From: Raillietiella orientalis
Taxonomy: Eukaryota
Length of the DNA: 64,000 bases
Assembly (NCBI GenBank): GCA_036172245.1
Contig: JAYWIR010000039.1
Coordinates: 1,116,001 to 1,180,000, forward strand
Reading direction: 5' to 3'
Numbering within the stretch: position 1 is the first letter of the stretch; every line of letters begins with the position of its first letter. The notes below the pieces were generated by a model, which was not told the origin of the DNA, made no database searches, and worked only from the letters and a program-made list of their open reading frames with translations. Shown here piece after piece: positions 13,091-26,898 of this stretch. The translations under genes were made by a program, and so were the position numbers.

Positions 13091-13439
13091 TGTGGCACAC
13101 ACATACACGCATGTTTGGTGATTGGCGATTTCGACACGCTGGATTTTGATGGCTGGAGGTTGCGGCGCACGGGGTTTTGAACCCACCTACCCACCCCCTT
13201 CTCGAGCCGCGCCTTCGGGTGGGAAATTCCGAGAGCTGCATCTGGCGGCCATGGCGCCGCGCAGTTGCCTACGAAATTGTGGCGAGCTCTTGGATGGGGC
13301 TTGAGAAAAAAAAACAAAACAAAAAAAAACAAAAACAAAAAGGTCTTCTTTGTGCTTCCTGCGGCTGGAGGAAATCTCAGGAGAAACGGTACAGCCAGCA
13401 TCCATCCGACGCCGCCGATTTTTCTCCCGCTGAGCCTCA

Positions 13440-14560
13440 TCTGAGACCTTGACTTTTCCTCGACTTCCAGCCCGTGCCATCACGCACACCGAGGAGTGGA
13501 CGTATAGCGATAGGATCGCCGGCCAGAACTCGAAGACTTTCTCGTGCTCCTTCCTCCCGTTTCAGCATGCAGAGTGGTTCCAGTCCTCGCGACCTCATCG
13601 CCTCGGGCGCGCTTCTCTTTCGATTCGAGACCGCCAAGGCCTCCCTTCTGCGACGCACCAGACGGAGTACCGAACAGCCTGAGGAAACGCGCCGGACATC
13701 GCCGCCCCGATAGAAGAAAAAGGGAAGCCAGCATCTTCCGATGCCGCGACTTTCGTTGCCCACTTGTTCTTGGCTTCCGTGGAAGGGCAGCTGCACGGGA
13801 TGACTGCTTTGCTTTCATCCATCCCGATTCCAGAAGCAGCGCACGGGAAAGGCCCCCAGAGGCTCTGCCTCATCAATCCGACACGCCTTTCTTCCCGTTC
13901 GCGAACAGCCTTGTTCACGACGGGCACTTCAGAGAGGAGCATCGTCCCTCGTGCCCGCACCCAGGACTCAAGCCCGCAGCCTTCCGTTCCGCACGAGGCG
14001 TTCAGCGACGCTGAGGGACGTGGGCTGAGACAAGCCCACGCTGCTCGACCACGGACAGCGAAGGTGGGGCCGACTCAACCGAGTAGGTCAGCTGTCCGGT
14101 CGGACGTGTCCAGTAGGTGATCCGTTCGTGCTGGACTCTGGACAGCACCGTCACCTCACCGAGGTGCATCCGCACACCCTCAGCTTCCGAACCCTCGGCC
14201 CTTTTCAGGAACATAGCCGTTCTTGAAATCCTAGGGCTTCTGCGGGACGGATATGGTCGCGCGAGCTGGGAACGGGATCCCCAACAACGTGGGATCCTCC
14301 TCATTCCCGGTAATGGGGCCGAGAAGACGCACACACCGTTTCCCCGGAGAACGGAGATGCAGCCGCGGTGGAGCTTTGCTGGATCGGAACTGGAGTTCCG
14401 AACGAGCAGACTGTTCGGGGAACCTTCGACAAAATGTCCGCTGCTGACCTTCCCTTCTCTCCCCCTCCTCGCTTTCAGATGTGCCGACCTGCGGTTAGCT
14501 CGCCTGGAGGCGAGCTGTCTTAGAAGGAGGTCGAGGCGCTTTTGGACACGAGAGCTTGTC
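13440..14560 (-). mobile_element. Second decayed KRBA2/SCAND3/Ginger-like integrase remnant
   Basis: GCISVLRGNGVCVF...CWG...ARPYPSRRSPRISRT..LKR...LSRVQHER...TGQLTYSV resembles the rve core. MLKR...LAGDPIAI resembles the family C-terminal region. Confidence 0.4.
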
Positions 14561-17500
14561 ACCCGGATCCCACTCCCCTTCGGATCGGGTTTCTACGATC
14601 CCTTCCGGCATCCGCAGTGGAAGTCCCTGCAGCCCTCGCGGGAGCGCGGAGGAGTCCGAGTCTCCGTCCCGCTGAGCCGGTTTGGGCACGGCCTCCGGGT
14701 AGGATGCCCGCGGAGGACCCCTATGAACTTAGCACTTCTTCCTGCTGGCCTGCAGGAGTCGAGGGTGACCCGTGGGACAGCCACTCCAGGAAGAGAGTCC
14801 CCACGCCTTCTCCCTCTTTTAAGAAGCCACGATGTCCTTCGGGGAAGGAGGTTCCATGGAACACTCTGCCCTCAGCGTGAGGAGGAGTAAGTGCGTCATC
14901 CAGACGGGCAGACGGGCAGTCGTCGTGCGATCCACTCCCACCGGGGAGGGACCTCGCTGCCCCACCCGTGGCAGGGGGAGTCCCGGAAGGGGTGGGCCTT
15001 CCCCTTCCGTTCCTGAAACCGCACAGCGAACGGTTGCGGACGCTTTCATGTCATGCGCTGTCCTACCCATAAGGAAAGGAAGGGGAGATGGAGGAGGATC
15101 CCCTCTTTCTGGATGCGCGCTCATCGGAGACGATGGTCCTTTTCCCTGATGGAGCTCTTGCAAGAACCTGCTGAGGATGCGGCTGCGTTGACGACCGTGG
15201 AGCACGCGTCGGCGCCACCTCGTGCGCGCCCGCTGCTCTCGGCATCTCCCGCCACCCACTCGTCCCCCTCGCCAGCCGCGGCTCCGCGTAGCAGGCGAAG
15301 GTGCGCTCCGGCCGGAAGAGCGTTCCCGACCCCCGAAAGGCCGCTTCGCTCCCCTCCCCCTCCCCTGGTCCCAAACAGCGGCGTTCTTCGGCAGCCGCCC
15401 GCCGGGTGCCCTTCCGCTGAGCGGCGCTGCTGCGGCGGAGGGCGAGGTATGCTCCGACAGCCACCAGCGGGATGTGCGCGGGAGAGATCCTACCCCCATC
15501 AAGCAGACGGCCCCCTTCCTTGTCCGGAACGCGGCAGGTGAAGGACAGCTCGCTCCCCCCCTTCCTTCCGGCCCACAGAACCCCTCTCGTGGACCTTCGC
15601 GCCAACTTTTCTGTCTGGACCCCGCGGCAAAATGGAATGCGGTCGTGGGAGACTTCTGACGTGGGTTCAATCCTCCCAGCACGGAGCCGGTCGCCAGTAG
15701 GACCCTCGGTGGACAGGCCATCCTATTCGGTCATCCTGTCCCCCCGCCCGCCTTGTGTCCCTACATGATGACGCTCTCGGTCCGTCCGAGGCGAATGCCT
15801 CCTCCTGTCGGAGGATTTTCCTTGGGCTTCCTTGTCCTCCTCCCTTCTCCCCGTCGAGGAAACATTCAGAGACCTTTGCCCTCTCCCTTCCTCATCCCGT
15901 ACAGAGGTGCCGTTACAGGTGCCTCTTCCCAGGATTCTTTGCTTTCTGGAAATCCCACTTCGGTTTGCAGGTCGATATTCTGCTTCCGTCAGAAGCAGCC
16001 GGGTCAACCGTACCGCCGACCGCACGGCCCCTATTTGGCACCACATTTGGTTTCATCGCCCAGGCAAAACGAAAGTTCCTCCATCAGCTCGGATCGTCAC
16101 GGAGGCTGGATCGATGGGTCTTTGCAATGATTCGCCGTTGGGCTGCATCCTGCAGGAGGAGAAGCTTGGTCTCGACCTCGGAATGGGAATGAGGAGGAGT
16201 AGCGGGTCCACGGATTGTGAGAACGGGGCAGCCTCAGGTAGACGGTGGGAGGGTAACCCAACGGACGAAACGAGGACTCCAGCGGAAGGAGGAAGAGGAG
16301 GAGGAGGAAGAGCAGATGCAATCTCCTCAGCTGTGCAAGGTGAAGCTGGGAACGGGCTGCCCGGTTGATCCCGCGAGAGAGAAGTGTAGGGAAAAGCGAG
16401 ATCACCCGTGCAAACAACTGCTAAGGATAAAAAAAAAGGAAGGAAGGAAGGAAGATCGGTGGGAAGAGGCGGGGAAAATCCTTGTGGCCCAGCCACTCTC
16501 TTCTGGTGCTTCCTGGAGTTTTCCCGAACGCCTGCACACCTCGAGGATTTCGATGGCAGCCATGCCGACGCGGCACTTCCTCTTCCCCGCAGGTTACGTC
16601 GTCCTGGTGCTCGCGTCTTTCCCTCCCGTGCCGGCGGGACATTTCCGTGGGTTTCCTGGTTTCGCTGGTTTCCTGCGTCGGCCGCGGCGGGTTTTCGCTC
16701 AAAGAGGAGGAGCTGCGTGGAGAACTATCATCCCTTCAGACAGGGGGTCTTTCCGAAGGCCCTGGGAGCGAAAGCACCGGTGCCGTTTCCTTTGTTTTTT
16801 CTTGTCTCGAGGCGGTGATGCTGCAATCTCCAGGCACCTCTCAGTCGACGCCTGGCTTCCCAGATTTCTTCTTTTTCTTCTTTCGGAGGGACGTCACGAC
16901 CTGCCGGTCTCAAAGTGGCCCCCGTTGCACGTCAAGGTCGTGTCTGCGCCGCAGTGGCGTGGCGGCCACGCCCGTCATCTTCGGCTCCACCGCCTCTCCT
17001 GAAACGGCTCTTCCTCCCCTTCCTTTCCCCCGCTGTGGCCACCGTCTTGCTCTGTTGGCGCACGCAGGAACAGCTGAGAAACGTGACGGCGAGCAGATGC
17101 CAGCTGGCAGAGGAGAATCAGCGAGCCCCGGGGGAGTTCTCCTTACTCCCTGACTGGGAGCATCGGCATTGCGAGAAGGGCAAGAGAGGATCCGCGCGCG
17201 TGTGCAGTTGGATCCCTGGGTTCGTGATGCTCCTTAGAGATTTCGGTCTCTGCCCTGCCGTACGAGAAGATGAGGCACCCAAAGGTAGCATCCATTACGG
17301 TCGAGACACCTGCCGGACATCTCTTCCGGGATATCGTCCTGGCGATGCCTGAATTCCAGTCCCGGAGCGGGAAGAAGCCCTGAATTCTTAGCTGCACAAG
17401 ATCATCGAGGCGGAACACGAAGCAATTTCCTAGTCAGCAGGGTCCCAGGCAGCTCAGCAATTGAGTATTGTGTGGATTACTTCCGGCAGACCTTTTATTC

Positions 17501-17879
17501 TTCCCCACAAGATGACCGGCGATGACTGAGAGGAAGTCCTGAAGATGGCAGAGAGTCACGCGCTTCACACGCCAATACTTTTGGAGAAAAAAAATTGTGC
17601 TTATTGTGGCACACGCCCTGATCTCATACGAGATAAATACATACACAAAAAAAACAAAAACGCAAACAAGGTTCTGAAAATGCAGATATGCTGCAGGGTG
17701 TCTCCAGTTCGAACTGCGAAGGGATGAATTTATTTAACTGCTTTGTAAACAATAATTACAATCGCACATTAGCAGACGCGTCCCGCGTGTTCCCTTACAC
17801 AAAAACTTCAAGTCACAAGGTGTCGCTTTCTTCGTTCAGCTTCGGAGATCTTTCTCTACTGGTGAAGGGAAGATGGGAA

Positions 17880-20400
17880 GGGTCACTAGGACACGGCTGG
17901 CAATTCACTTACTTGGGCAACATCTGCCATCTTCTTCAAGATGTAGCAGTGAGGCCTGGAGGGTATCCTGCTGCAGTTTCTGATCTCTATTTCCCTCCTC
18001 ATCACTCTTTGGATGATCCTCATGGCAGGCATTATCGCTCAGGTGCTTTGCATCTTTGCTCTTTTTATCACGATGCTCGTGATGAAGAGGGTAGTGCAAA
18101 CCATGGGATTGCATCGGGAAATTCTCCCGTCCCCTTCAAACATTCCCGCCAAGATCTCTACGTTCGTCTTCGTCTGCAGGCTGGTCACCGTCTTCAGCGT
18201 TGTCCAATCATGGCTCAGCGTCAGGCAGGCAAACACGTGGAACTGAGTTCCCCTATCTCCACATGCCTTGCAGAGCTCGTCTTGGCTGCTGCCTGCCCAA
18301 TGCTTCACTCGAGAACCATGTGGTAGTACATCAGGTCATCCTGAGTGTCTGTGTAGGTCGCTTCTCCACATCGCTGTGCCGACCGCTAGCGGATTCACGT
18401 TGCGGATCCCGTAGAGATGGGCGGTCTTGTCCAGTGCTTCGTCCTCATCGCGGATGTCCTTCATTTCCTCGCGGATGCTGGTTCTGGCGATCAGGCGCCA
18501 CTCATTGGCTGCCTGACGCTTCCAGAGCTCCCTGTTGCTGAATCTTCTGATCATTTCGCAGTGATACAGTCGCAGCGTGTGGCGGTTGCCTCTCATGGCG
18601 AACGGTTCGCAGTGTCACGTATCATCATTCTTGGCCTCTGGGTCATCCATTTCCAGGTCTTCCGAGGGACCCTTATGAAACACGGAATCAACATGGCCAG
18701 TTCTTTCTTGTCCCGAGTCACTCTCTTTCACCGATAAGAGCACTTTTGTAATGATTCGTACAAGCTGACGTGCTGCAGTGCACGAGCTGCCTGAGTATGT
18801 CAACCTCTCATACCGTGTATTCTCACGTGCGCTGCTGCTCACACGCATGGCAACAAAAAGTGACAGTAGGAAAGAGCAGACTCCAGCTTTGATCCTCTGC
18901 TTGGTGACCAGGCACTCAGAGCACCTCAGCAGCATTTCTCGAGCCTTCTGCTAACGAATCCTCCGCGAGGGATGGCTTCTTCTCAAAGTGGCCTGAAACG
19001 TTCCTGCGCGAAGTAAAGCACGCCCTCCGACAGCTTAGAAGCTCCCCCCTGGGGAATCTCGCAAAACGTTGCACGCAGCCGACGTTTCGGTCCTAGGCAA
19101 CCCTTGGGCAGCATCCTCGTTGCCACTCTGTGAGTGGAGTGTTCTTCGCATTCGTGTGGGTCAAGCACGGGCAGCAGTTACGAACCCGAGTGATGCAAAA
19201 CGTGAAATCGATTGTGTATATGTACGTACTCGAGAATGTGATCGGATGTACGATATAAAGATGAACGCTGCGTCTGAGTAACGAGGATGTGGTTTCTCTC
19301 CGAGACAGGACTCGGCAGATATTTATCTCCCAGGACACGGCCAGAGACCTGACACCTTTGAGCTCGAGATGCTTTGCTCGATTTCACTCCTATCTTCAAT
19401 TTCCGCTGCTCCCGGTTTCTACTTTGATGTTATTTCTTCCATACGTGGAAGTGCATTTTGAAACAGCCTCCTTCCACCCCCTGAAATGGCGTGCCCGAGA
19501 CCTTCCAAGCTTTCAAGAACCCGCGACCAAGATGAAAGCTTCCCTGACAAAAGCTGTGGTCCACGCTACAACGGAGAGCTCTCGCTTTTCGAAATTCGGC
19601 GATTGAAACGCGATGCGCTCCCAAATCTCCCTCGGTGACAAACAATCTGTGAACAATTGGTCCAGGAAGTAATTGCAGCTGGAACCAGGGTTGGTACTGA
19701 CAGGAAAGCAAGTAGCTCTAGAAGAACGGTTTCCATTTTTTGGAAAAGACCGTGGTGATGATTTTTGAAAAGAAGTTGTGTGAAAACGCGGAGACCGAAG
19801 ACCCGTGGAACCTGAATACGAGACGCAGTCTCCATGTGGGAAGAAGGCTTTCAAGAATAGTTCAGGTGAACAGGTGATCGGATAAGAAGTAGAGATGCAT
19901 AGGAGCACCGAAGCCACCTTGGAACTTCACAGTTAACGAGTGCAGCAAACGGAACAGACACCACAACACAGTCCGATTCCGTTGGTCAGCCTGTAGAAGA
20001 AGCTTCGCCCGTATTCTTCAAACAAGCGAACCACAGGCAGACTAAGGGCCGTTGTATTTAATGGACAGAATGACAACCCAACCCTTGAACTGAAGCAAAA
20101 GGCAAAGCTGTGTTGAAAATAGTCGGTGGGTAGAGGCATAAGAACGAACTCTTTGCTGTCGCTCTTCTCCCCACTTTGAAGCAGAAAGCGTTCAGACCAC
20201 AGAGCAGCAGTTTAGGCTACAGAGTAGAGGCAGAGCAAAGGTGAGGGATGGCACAAAATCTCTTCCGATTTGTTGCACTGCCAGAAGTCGTTTAATACCT
20301 CAAATGTCATCGGCTTAGGAGGACTTTCGGGGGCGATTCGCTAAGGAGTCGGATGCCTTGCTCTTCGCCAAATCACATTCTTTTTCTTCAACGGAATGCA
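17880..20400 (-). mobile_element. Decayed RLE-type non-LTR retrotransposon (HERO/NeSL-like)
   Basis: Ordered remnants across frames: ALVNCE/KVASVL (RT region 1-2), LKAFFPHGDC (QKxFxP..GC), FTDCLSP (QGDxLSP), KIGVKSSK..GDKYLP.VSE, DVLPHGSRVKHW...CKACG...HV (CCHC knuckle), then SIVI...CHED...LHLEE.GR (PD..D/E-xK RLE-like). Many stops and frameshifts; boundaries approximate. Confidence 0.6.
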
Positions 20401-21208
20401 TGCAAAGCACTTTGGACCCGCAATGCATTTGATGCAAACTCCTCCGACGGTGGTAGCCATACAAAACTCTCACTAAATACATTCCACATCTCCCCCTAAC
20501 CAGTTTTCAGTTCAACGTCGAAGTGTGTGCAAGCTGTAACCGTTACCTTGGCATGAAAAGTCTTCCGCTTGCTTTCCTTCCGTCATTCGTAGAGAGCGCC
20601 GTCAATTCTTCACACTGCGCCACAGTTCTCCCACTCTATGATTTGCAAGTTTAAGTCTCCCTCTTGGAATTGCTTCTTTGTCTTTAGGGCTGGATGTTCT
20701 AGATTCGAACTAAGGATCATTCCTCCGCCGTGAACTTGGAAAGTGGCTCCTTTCAATCACCTCTTGCAGTCTCACCTTTTCCGCGAGTTCCCACGGATCA
20801 AACGAAAGGCACGAAATAAAAGGTGGGGAATGACGGTTTCAACGAGTCGGACGCGAAAGTCGCTGCTGCACTTTACTGCGCGAAACATTCCCATACATTT
20901 TAATTTTTCGAAGCAGGCGCCATCCACAGCAGCCGAAAGAGGAAACCTGGAACGCGGAACAGGCGCGAGCGCCGCCGTAAAGTGTGCTTTTCGCCTTCGA
21001 CGTCCCGCGCAAACTCTCGGAGAGGAGTGGCGCTCGCTACTTGCGGAAATTCGCGCGCGTCCATGGCGACTGTCGTCACAGCTGATTTTATGCATTAGCG
21101 AACTGGCAACCGGATCCAAGCGAAAAGTGGAAACACGCAAAAGTGGAACTAAGGGAAACCGAACAACGTGTCCAATCAACGGAGTTGGAACGTATGAGAA
21201 ATGTATTC

Positions 21209-21242
<34 letters not shown>

Positions 21243-23701
21243 GAAAAGGAAAAGAAAATGGTAACAGTGTTGACAGTTTGCTGGTGGTGCTGCATGCAGT
21301 GGGAAAAAAAAGCCCTCGATGTTCCGCTCCATTTTGTGTGGATCTCCTGCTTGAAGCAAACAGGAAAGCACTGGCGCTCTTGCACTGATTATGCAAACAA
21401 TAAGAACGCAGCAGTAGTAACGAATAGGGTGGGACTTCACTCCATTGGTTTTATAGTGGGCTCACAATTCAGAAACAGTTTTCAAAAAGGAACAGGCGCT
21501 TGTATTTCTTGACGGGATGACCAGGGAACATCAGAAGGACCTAAATGCGAACGCCAAGATGGAAAACTTGTGTATTCTGGTCAGTCTACGTGCAGAGTAG
21601 CTAAGGAGGAGGGACAAACATTCCTCTGCCTGGTGCTGACCAAAATAGTCATTCAGAAAGTCCAAGTATGAGGAAACTCATTGACAGGAAACGCACGTCC
21701 CACTCCAAGGGACTCAACTTCCGCAGATCTTGAAATTCTTGCGAGACTTCCTACTTGCTTTTCCTTGCGTGCTACCTTGCGTGCCTCCGGTGTGCCGAGA
21801 TGCTTTCGCTCGTCCTCCTTTCCCGTATTTCCTTCCAGCGGTTTCGATTCCGGGAAACAAGGGATCGCAACCCCTACAGCGCTTCCTCACTTCAAGAGCA
21901 TGAAGCACTCTTCGGAGGAAAAATGGCTGTTTCGTGTCCCACGGCAGGGCACCTGAGGCGGTTCTCGACGCGAGCAAATGGCTCTGCACGAGCATCGTGC
22001 CAGCAACCTCAGCTCCGAGTGCTCGCATGGAGGCAAAAACAGTTCCGGTTTATTGGGAACCCGCAACCACAAGTCCAGCTCCAGGGACCGTTGCCTCCGG
22101 CATCCCGAGACCCGAATGCCGAATCAGCGAGCAGGGGGTGCACTGCAAGTCACGACCATGGGAAACATACCAGAACATCTCAACCACCCAGTGTCTGTCA
22201 CCATACCCACAGCCATCATCACCAGGACATCCCACACAGAACTCGTAATGCAGCCTGTATCCCATACTCCCTGTATGACTCTCAGATGCCATCGCTGCTG
22301 AGCACATCCTCATCATCATCGTACTCTCAAGCACACTCATCCGCCGGACCCCTTCCATCCCAGTTATCGCTGCAGAAATAACCACAGCTCTGATCCAAGC
22401 TATCACCCCCGCACTAACCTCTCTTCACAGCAAAAGTAACCACAACTGCCAACCATCCCACCTTCACCCACACGGACCATGCTCCCTTTACTCTTTGCCA
22501 AAAAGGCAGCAAGAGGATGAGTACCTTAGTGATCACGAGGAACGCAACTCAGTGGCGGAGGCAACCCAAAACGATGGAACCTCCGGCCTGCGTTTCTGTG
22601 CTACTCGAGCTTTCGCTCTGGGAAAAGTTCCGGGACCCGCTAGGACTCGCATTCCTCGCGACTGACGCGTCCCGCACAGCAGTGGGTGTGGTCCGGTCCC
22701 TGCCAATGCCACGCATCCGGGCGGATGCGGGGGTTTCGATGCGTTTGTGGGTCGTTTCGGGGAAGCTCTGGCTGCGGGCTCCTCCTCGTGCTCTCAGGAG
22801 ATCCCCCAGAGAGCCGAAGAGGAAGCTGCAGTGGAAGGGAGCGGGATCCCGTTTGGTGTTTGCGCATGTGGAATCCCGAGGAATCCCCTAGCTGCGCCTT
22901 GGATCACCAAAACACGTGGAGGACCTTCTCCTCCGTTCCAAATCAGTGAAGCACTCCTGAGCTCGTGCGATTTCCGCAGCTGCTGAACGGGATTCTGGAA
23001 GTTGTGGGAAGAGTCTCCCTCAATCGACATGGCGGGAGTGATGTAGGTGCTGATAGATCTGACTAAACCTGAATCTCAGAGCTGCACCACTCATCATCCG
23101 AGAGGACATTTTGTTGAGTTTGGCCCAAATCCATCGTTTCCACGATGTGAAGAAGAAAGTGGTGACCCGTGGTCTTTGGGAGGTCGCAGACATTCCACGA
23201 CTCGAGGGCCAGTGACGGCTTGTCTTCAGGATGTCTGCAGCTGCTGCTGAAGCTTCGGATTTTCTTCCATTCATCCTCAAGGATGCGACTGGGTGCCTGG
23301 CATGTGCAGCACTGTGCTTCCTTCGATCTTCTCGTTCACTTCCACATCTCTGAACTGCCTTCTGGGAACCAGAAGCAGCTAAGGAACTTCGTGAATACCG
23401 ACCGAAATCCTCGTCTTCGGGTTCTTCCTGAAACCCATATCGAGGCCCTTGGATGGGCCTTTGTCGACTGTGGCGAGAAGGTCATGTGGAAGGTTCGTTC
23501 CTCCCCGTCCGGTCGCCAACTTCGATCCGCAAGACCATCTCCATCCTGCTGCTGCCTGCTCTTAACGAAAGTAACGTTTCCGTGGCCAGCGGTATTGAAG
23601 GAAAACATGCCACTCAGTGCACTCAGGTAGGAGGTCGCTGTCAGCGTGGAACGAGGGGAGCTGGAAGCTGTCCCCTTCCCCTCGTGCTGTGCGTGGGTTC
23701 C

Positions 23702-24484
23702 TTTTCTTGGCTCGACAAGCGCTGAAGAACCATTCGCCTCCTTGGAGTGTGGAAAGGGGGGTGACAGGACTCTTTTTAACGCTGTCTCCAGGGTGCGTGT
23801 GACTCTTCAAGTTGTAGGGGATGACCTCGAAGGGACCACCCCTATGAATCCAGGAAGGCTCTGGAGGAAGGAGTCCGTTTTTCTCTTGCGCTTGGGAGGG
23901 GACCTCGAAGGGAACCTCTTTCTTATTCTCTCCGGAGGAATCCCATAGGAAGCCACTCCCCTTTTCCTTTCCGGAGGGAAAGGATCCTCTCCTGGAATTT
24001 CTTATCCGGAGGGCATCTACAAGGGAACCGCTCCTTGTGTCCTCTCAAAGAGAGCCCCGAAGTGACTCTTCCCGATTTCTCTGAAGGTTCGCTCCCCGAA
24101 GGGAGCAGCGCACTTCTTGGCTCTCTTCAGCGCGCTTGACCTGAGGTGTCAACCAACCAGCTCCATGGTGCTCGATGGAGGGGAACCCCGATGGCTTCAT
24201 CTCCACAACCGGAGGAGAACCCCGAAGGGGACTGTCTGCTTGGAAGGACCCAGATGGTCAACTTCCAATCCCGGCCTGTCAGCGTACCCACAGCCAGTGG
24301 GAGCATCCTACTTCCACCAGTGCCGCAACCCAATAGGCCAACCAGCGCTACCCTGAAAGGGAGATTCGAAACCCGCGACGCACCATCCATTTCTCGGCAT
24401 CGATCCTTCCCTGGCGGGATTCCAACCCGCGACTCGTAATGCCATGCGCTAAGAGATAGCAGCCACAGGGTCGCCAACGCGCTC
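23702..24484 (-). mobile_element. tRNA-derived SINE, copy 2
   Basis: Head with TGGCGACCCTGTGG (A-box-like) and GGTTGGAATCC (B-box-like), shared body, 3' end gaggcgaatggttcttcagc and a degenerate A-rich tail. Confidence 0.8.
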
Positions 24485-26366
24485 AGCTTCCTCGCCACAG
24501 CCCCGGCGCTCGCGCTCTGCCACAAGCGTATGGATAGGTGGACTAGCGCCTTTGGCTCCCGCATACACGTCAGCTTGTTCCGGAAAGGATCCCGCAGCAG
24601 ATGTAGCACAGCTGAGCTTTGGCAGCCGGAGATTAGCCAGTCTGATGCACTCAAATGATAAGGAAGAAGAAATCATTTTCGTCTTTACCCAGAAAAAGGT
24701 TTATATCTGACTGTCCCGACGCTCCCAGGCTGTAATCCTTTTTGCTGTGAATTAGTGAACAAGCCAGGGATTCTCTTGGAACGTCAACTTTGACCCTTCG
24801 GACGTGCATGTGAGTTTCTTCGATGCAAGAGTCATTTCGCGCGATCTGATGATTGGATTGGATCATGGGATTCCAGGAGAGCTGACGTCCCAAAAGAGCT
24901 GGAAATTCCGAGAACGTTCTCCAACCAACTCAGCTGCGGTGCTCACATGGAACAGTCAGGCGACGGTGTTTTCACTCTTCATTATTCTCACGCTTTGACT
25001 ATCTTCTTGTACTGCCCGCAGGAGGTCATGGCATCGCCTCCGAAGCATTTTCCTTCCACACCCTCATCAGCTGGGTTCAATTCTTCTTGGCTGTTCTGGA
25101 AGATTCCTTCACAAGGAGGATGTTCCAGCTCGTGGACACGATGTAGATCGCGACCACATTCGACGTTAGGGGCAACCAACCGCGAGGAGCCTCGAGGAAT
25201 GACAGCAGGATGTCGAGCCCTCGTATCGTCTCTTTCCTCTGGGATGCCAGAACCCCAGGGAGCCAACTACCGGAGCTCTCACGGTCAGCTGAACACCCTG
25301 CGTTGATATGAGGCCAGTGAGTTCTTTTGCGTTTGGTTCCCATCCTGGGTTGACCACTGCTTCACGCGTTAGAGCTGCTCTCGAAGGTTCAGGCAACGTC
25401 CGGGATGGCCATTCTTCTCTCCTTCCGAAAGCACGAAGCAGTGTCGTGTTGTCCAGGCTGGTCGTCGGTTCATCTTCAGTAGCTACTCGGTTGGCGGTTC
25501 ACTTCCGGTCCTTTCTCTCGGCTTGAAGGGATGTCACAAGTTCGCGGTCTGGGCTGGCAGCCCGTCAGGGAGTTCCTGCTCAGCCGCTGGTCTCGTCCTT
25601 CGTCCTCGTCTCCCCATCTCTCTCGATCACTACTTGCTGACGTAGCCTGATCTGGCTAAAGCATGCAGACTGGTCTCGTTCCTCTTCCTCTTCTTCTTCT
25701 TGGGACATTCAGAATGTCTGTCTTTCCGGACGAGTTCGTTCTTCGGTCTCAACAAAAGGGTGTGAGTCGTCCATCATCCGGGAATCAAGCGGGCACGAGT
25801 GTAGAAACCATCAGCTCAGCAGGACGGCGTTCCAGCCAAAGACATCCATTGGGACACCTCTAACGCCAAGTGACTGAACCATGCACTATTCATGGTCCAG
25901 TCACCAGAAGAACGCACCCAGAGGTCAGCGTTCTTCTGGTGAAGCGACCTACGGACTCGCGAAGCTCCGGAGACTAAGCAAGAGGATTGACCCAACAGCC
26001 GAACGAAAGTTTAATGGTTGGACGGCGGAGGTGACCCATCGGACAAAGTTCTCTCTTGAGCAGAACGTAGCGGATCCATCCCTTCATCTAAGATGGGGGA
26101 TCTGGGTAGGCCGAGGAGATGACGGAAGCTGTGAAAAAACCCTGCCTTGCACTTCCACATGTGATCTTCAAATCCTTCAAATAAACGCCCCAGATGGATT
26201 TGTAGATGCCGTCATCTTGATCTTTCCCGTTGCATTTCCCGGTTTGCAGCTCCCCTCTTGCTGACGGAAACGATCTCAACGCTCCGAAGTCGGATCTACG
26301 CCCTGTTCCCACTGGCAACGAGACTGGCATTGCTTTTTATTTTCCCCTCAGCGGCTCTGGTGGAAA

Positions 26367-26898
26367 TCAGAACTCCAGCCGGTTGCCCGGATAGTAGACG
26401 TCAGCGTTCGAGCAGCCTCCTGCGTCCTCGCAGAGCTCGGTGAAGACGCAGACGTTGCCCTTCTCATGGATGATGCTCTCGCCGTTGCTAGTGCAGCACC
26501 AGAGCACGTCCCGTCCACAGACCTCGCAGAGCTCTCCGGCGTACCCGTCGAACTGGCTGCTCAGGCGGTGATTGAGGGCGCGCAGCAGGACGATGACTTC
26601 CTTCTTGGTGGGCCCGTACAGCTCCACGATCTTCTGGAAGGCAAAGTGCAGGCCATGCGCTCTCAGGTACTTCCCCATGCGGGCGCCCGTGAGGATCTTC
26701 GAGTCCAGCCGCGTCAGGGCTGTGGGTCAATGCTGGGAGCACGTCGTTGACATCCTCCAGCGGCTGGAAGAGGGATAGCAGCTCGTGCTCGTAACACTCG
26801 GTCTCCTTGAGGATTAGCATCTCCACATCCATCATCACCCTGGATCCTGGGTCGACAGCTTCTTGAGCATGGACATCCATGTCGAAGAACGAAGTCAT
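26367..26898 (-). pseudogene. Frameshifted fragment of an unidentified, probably host-derived protein-coding gene (possible retrocopy)
   Basis: Two overlapping ORFs (26488..26898 and 26367..26678) join by one frameshift near 26715 into a protein-like, G/C-ending-codon-rich stretch (…LFQPLEDVNDVLP/ALTRLDSKILTGARMGKYLRAHGLHFAFQKIVELYG…DVYYPGNRLEF*). AATAAA at 26336-26341 on minus. Confidence 0.55.

Noticed and set aside
22960..25600. MULE transposase interrupted by SINE copy 2
   Set aside because: Only vague motif hints (CTEWHV). Too weak to call, and the same applies to 437-1000.
26560..26678. H-NOX/soluble guanylate cyclase resemblance (GLHFAFQKIVELYG)
   Set aside because: No haem-ligand His context or YxSxR motif follows, so the product is left unnamed.
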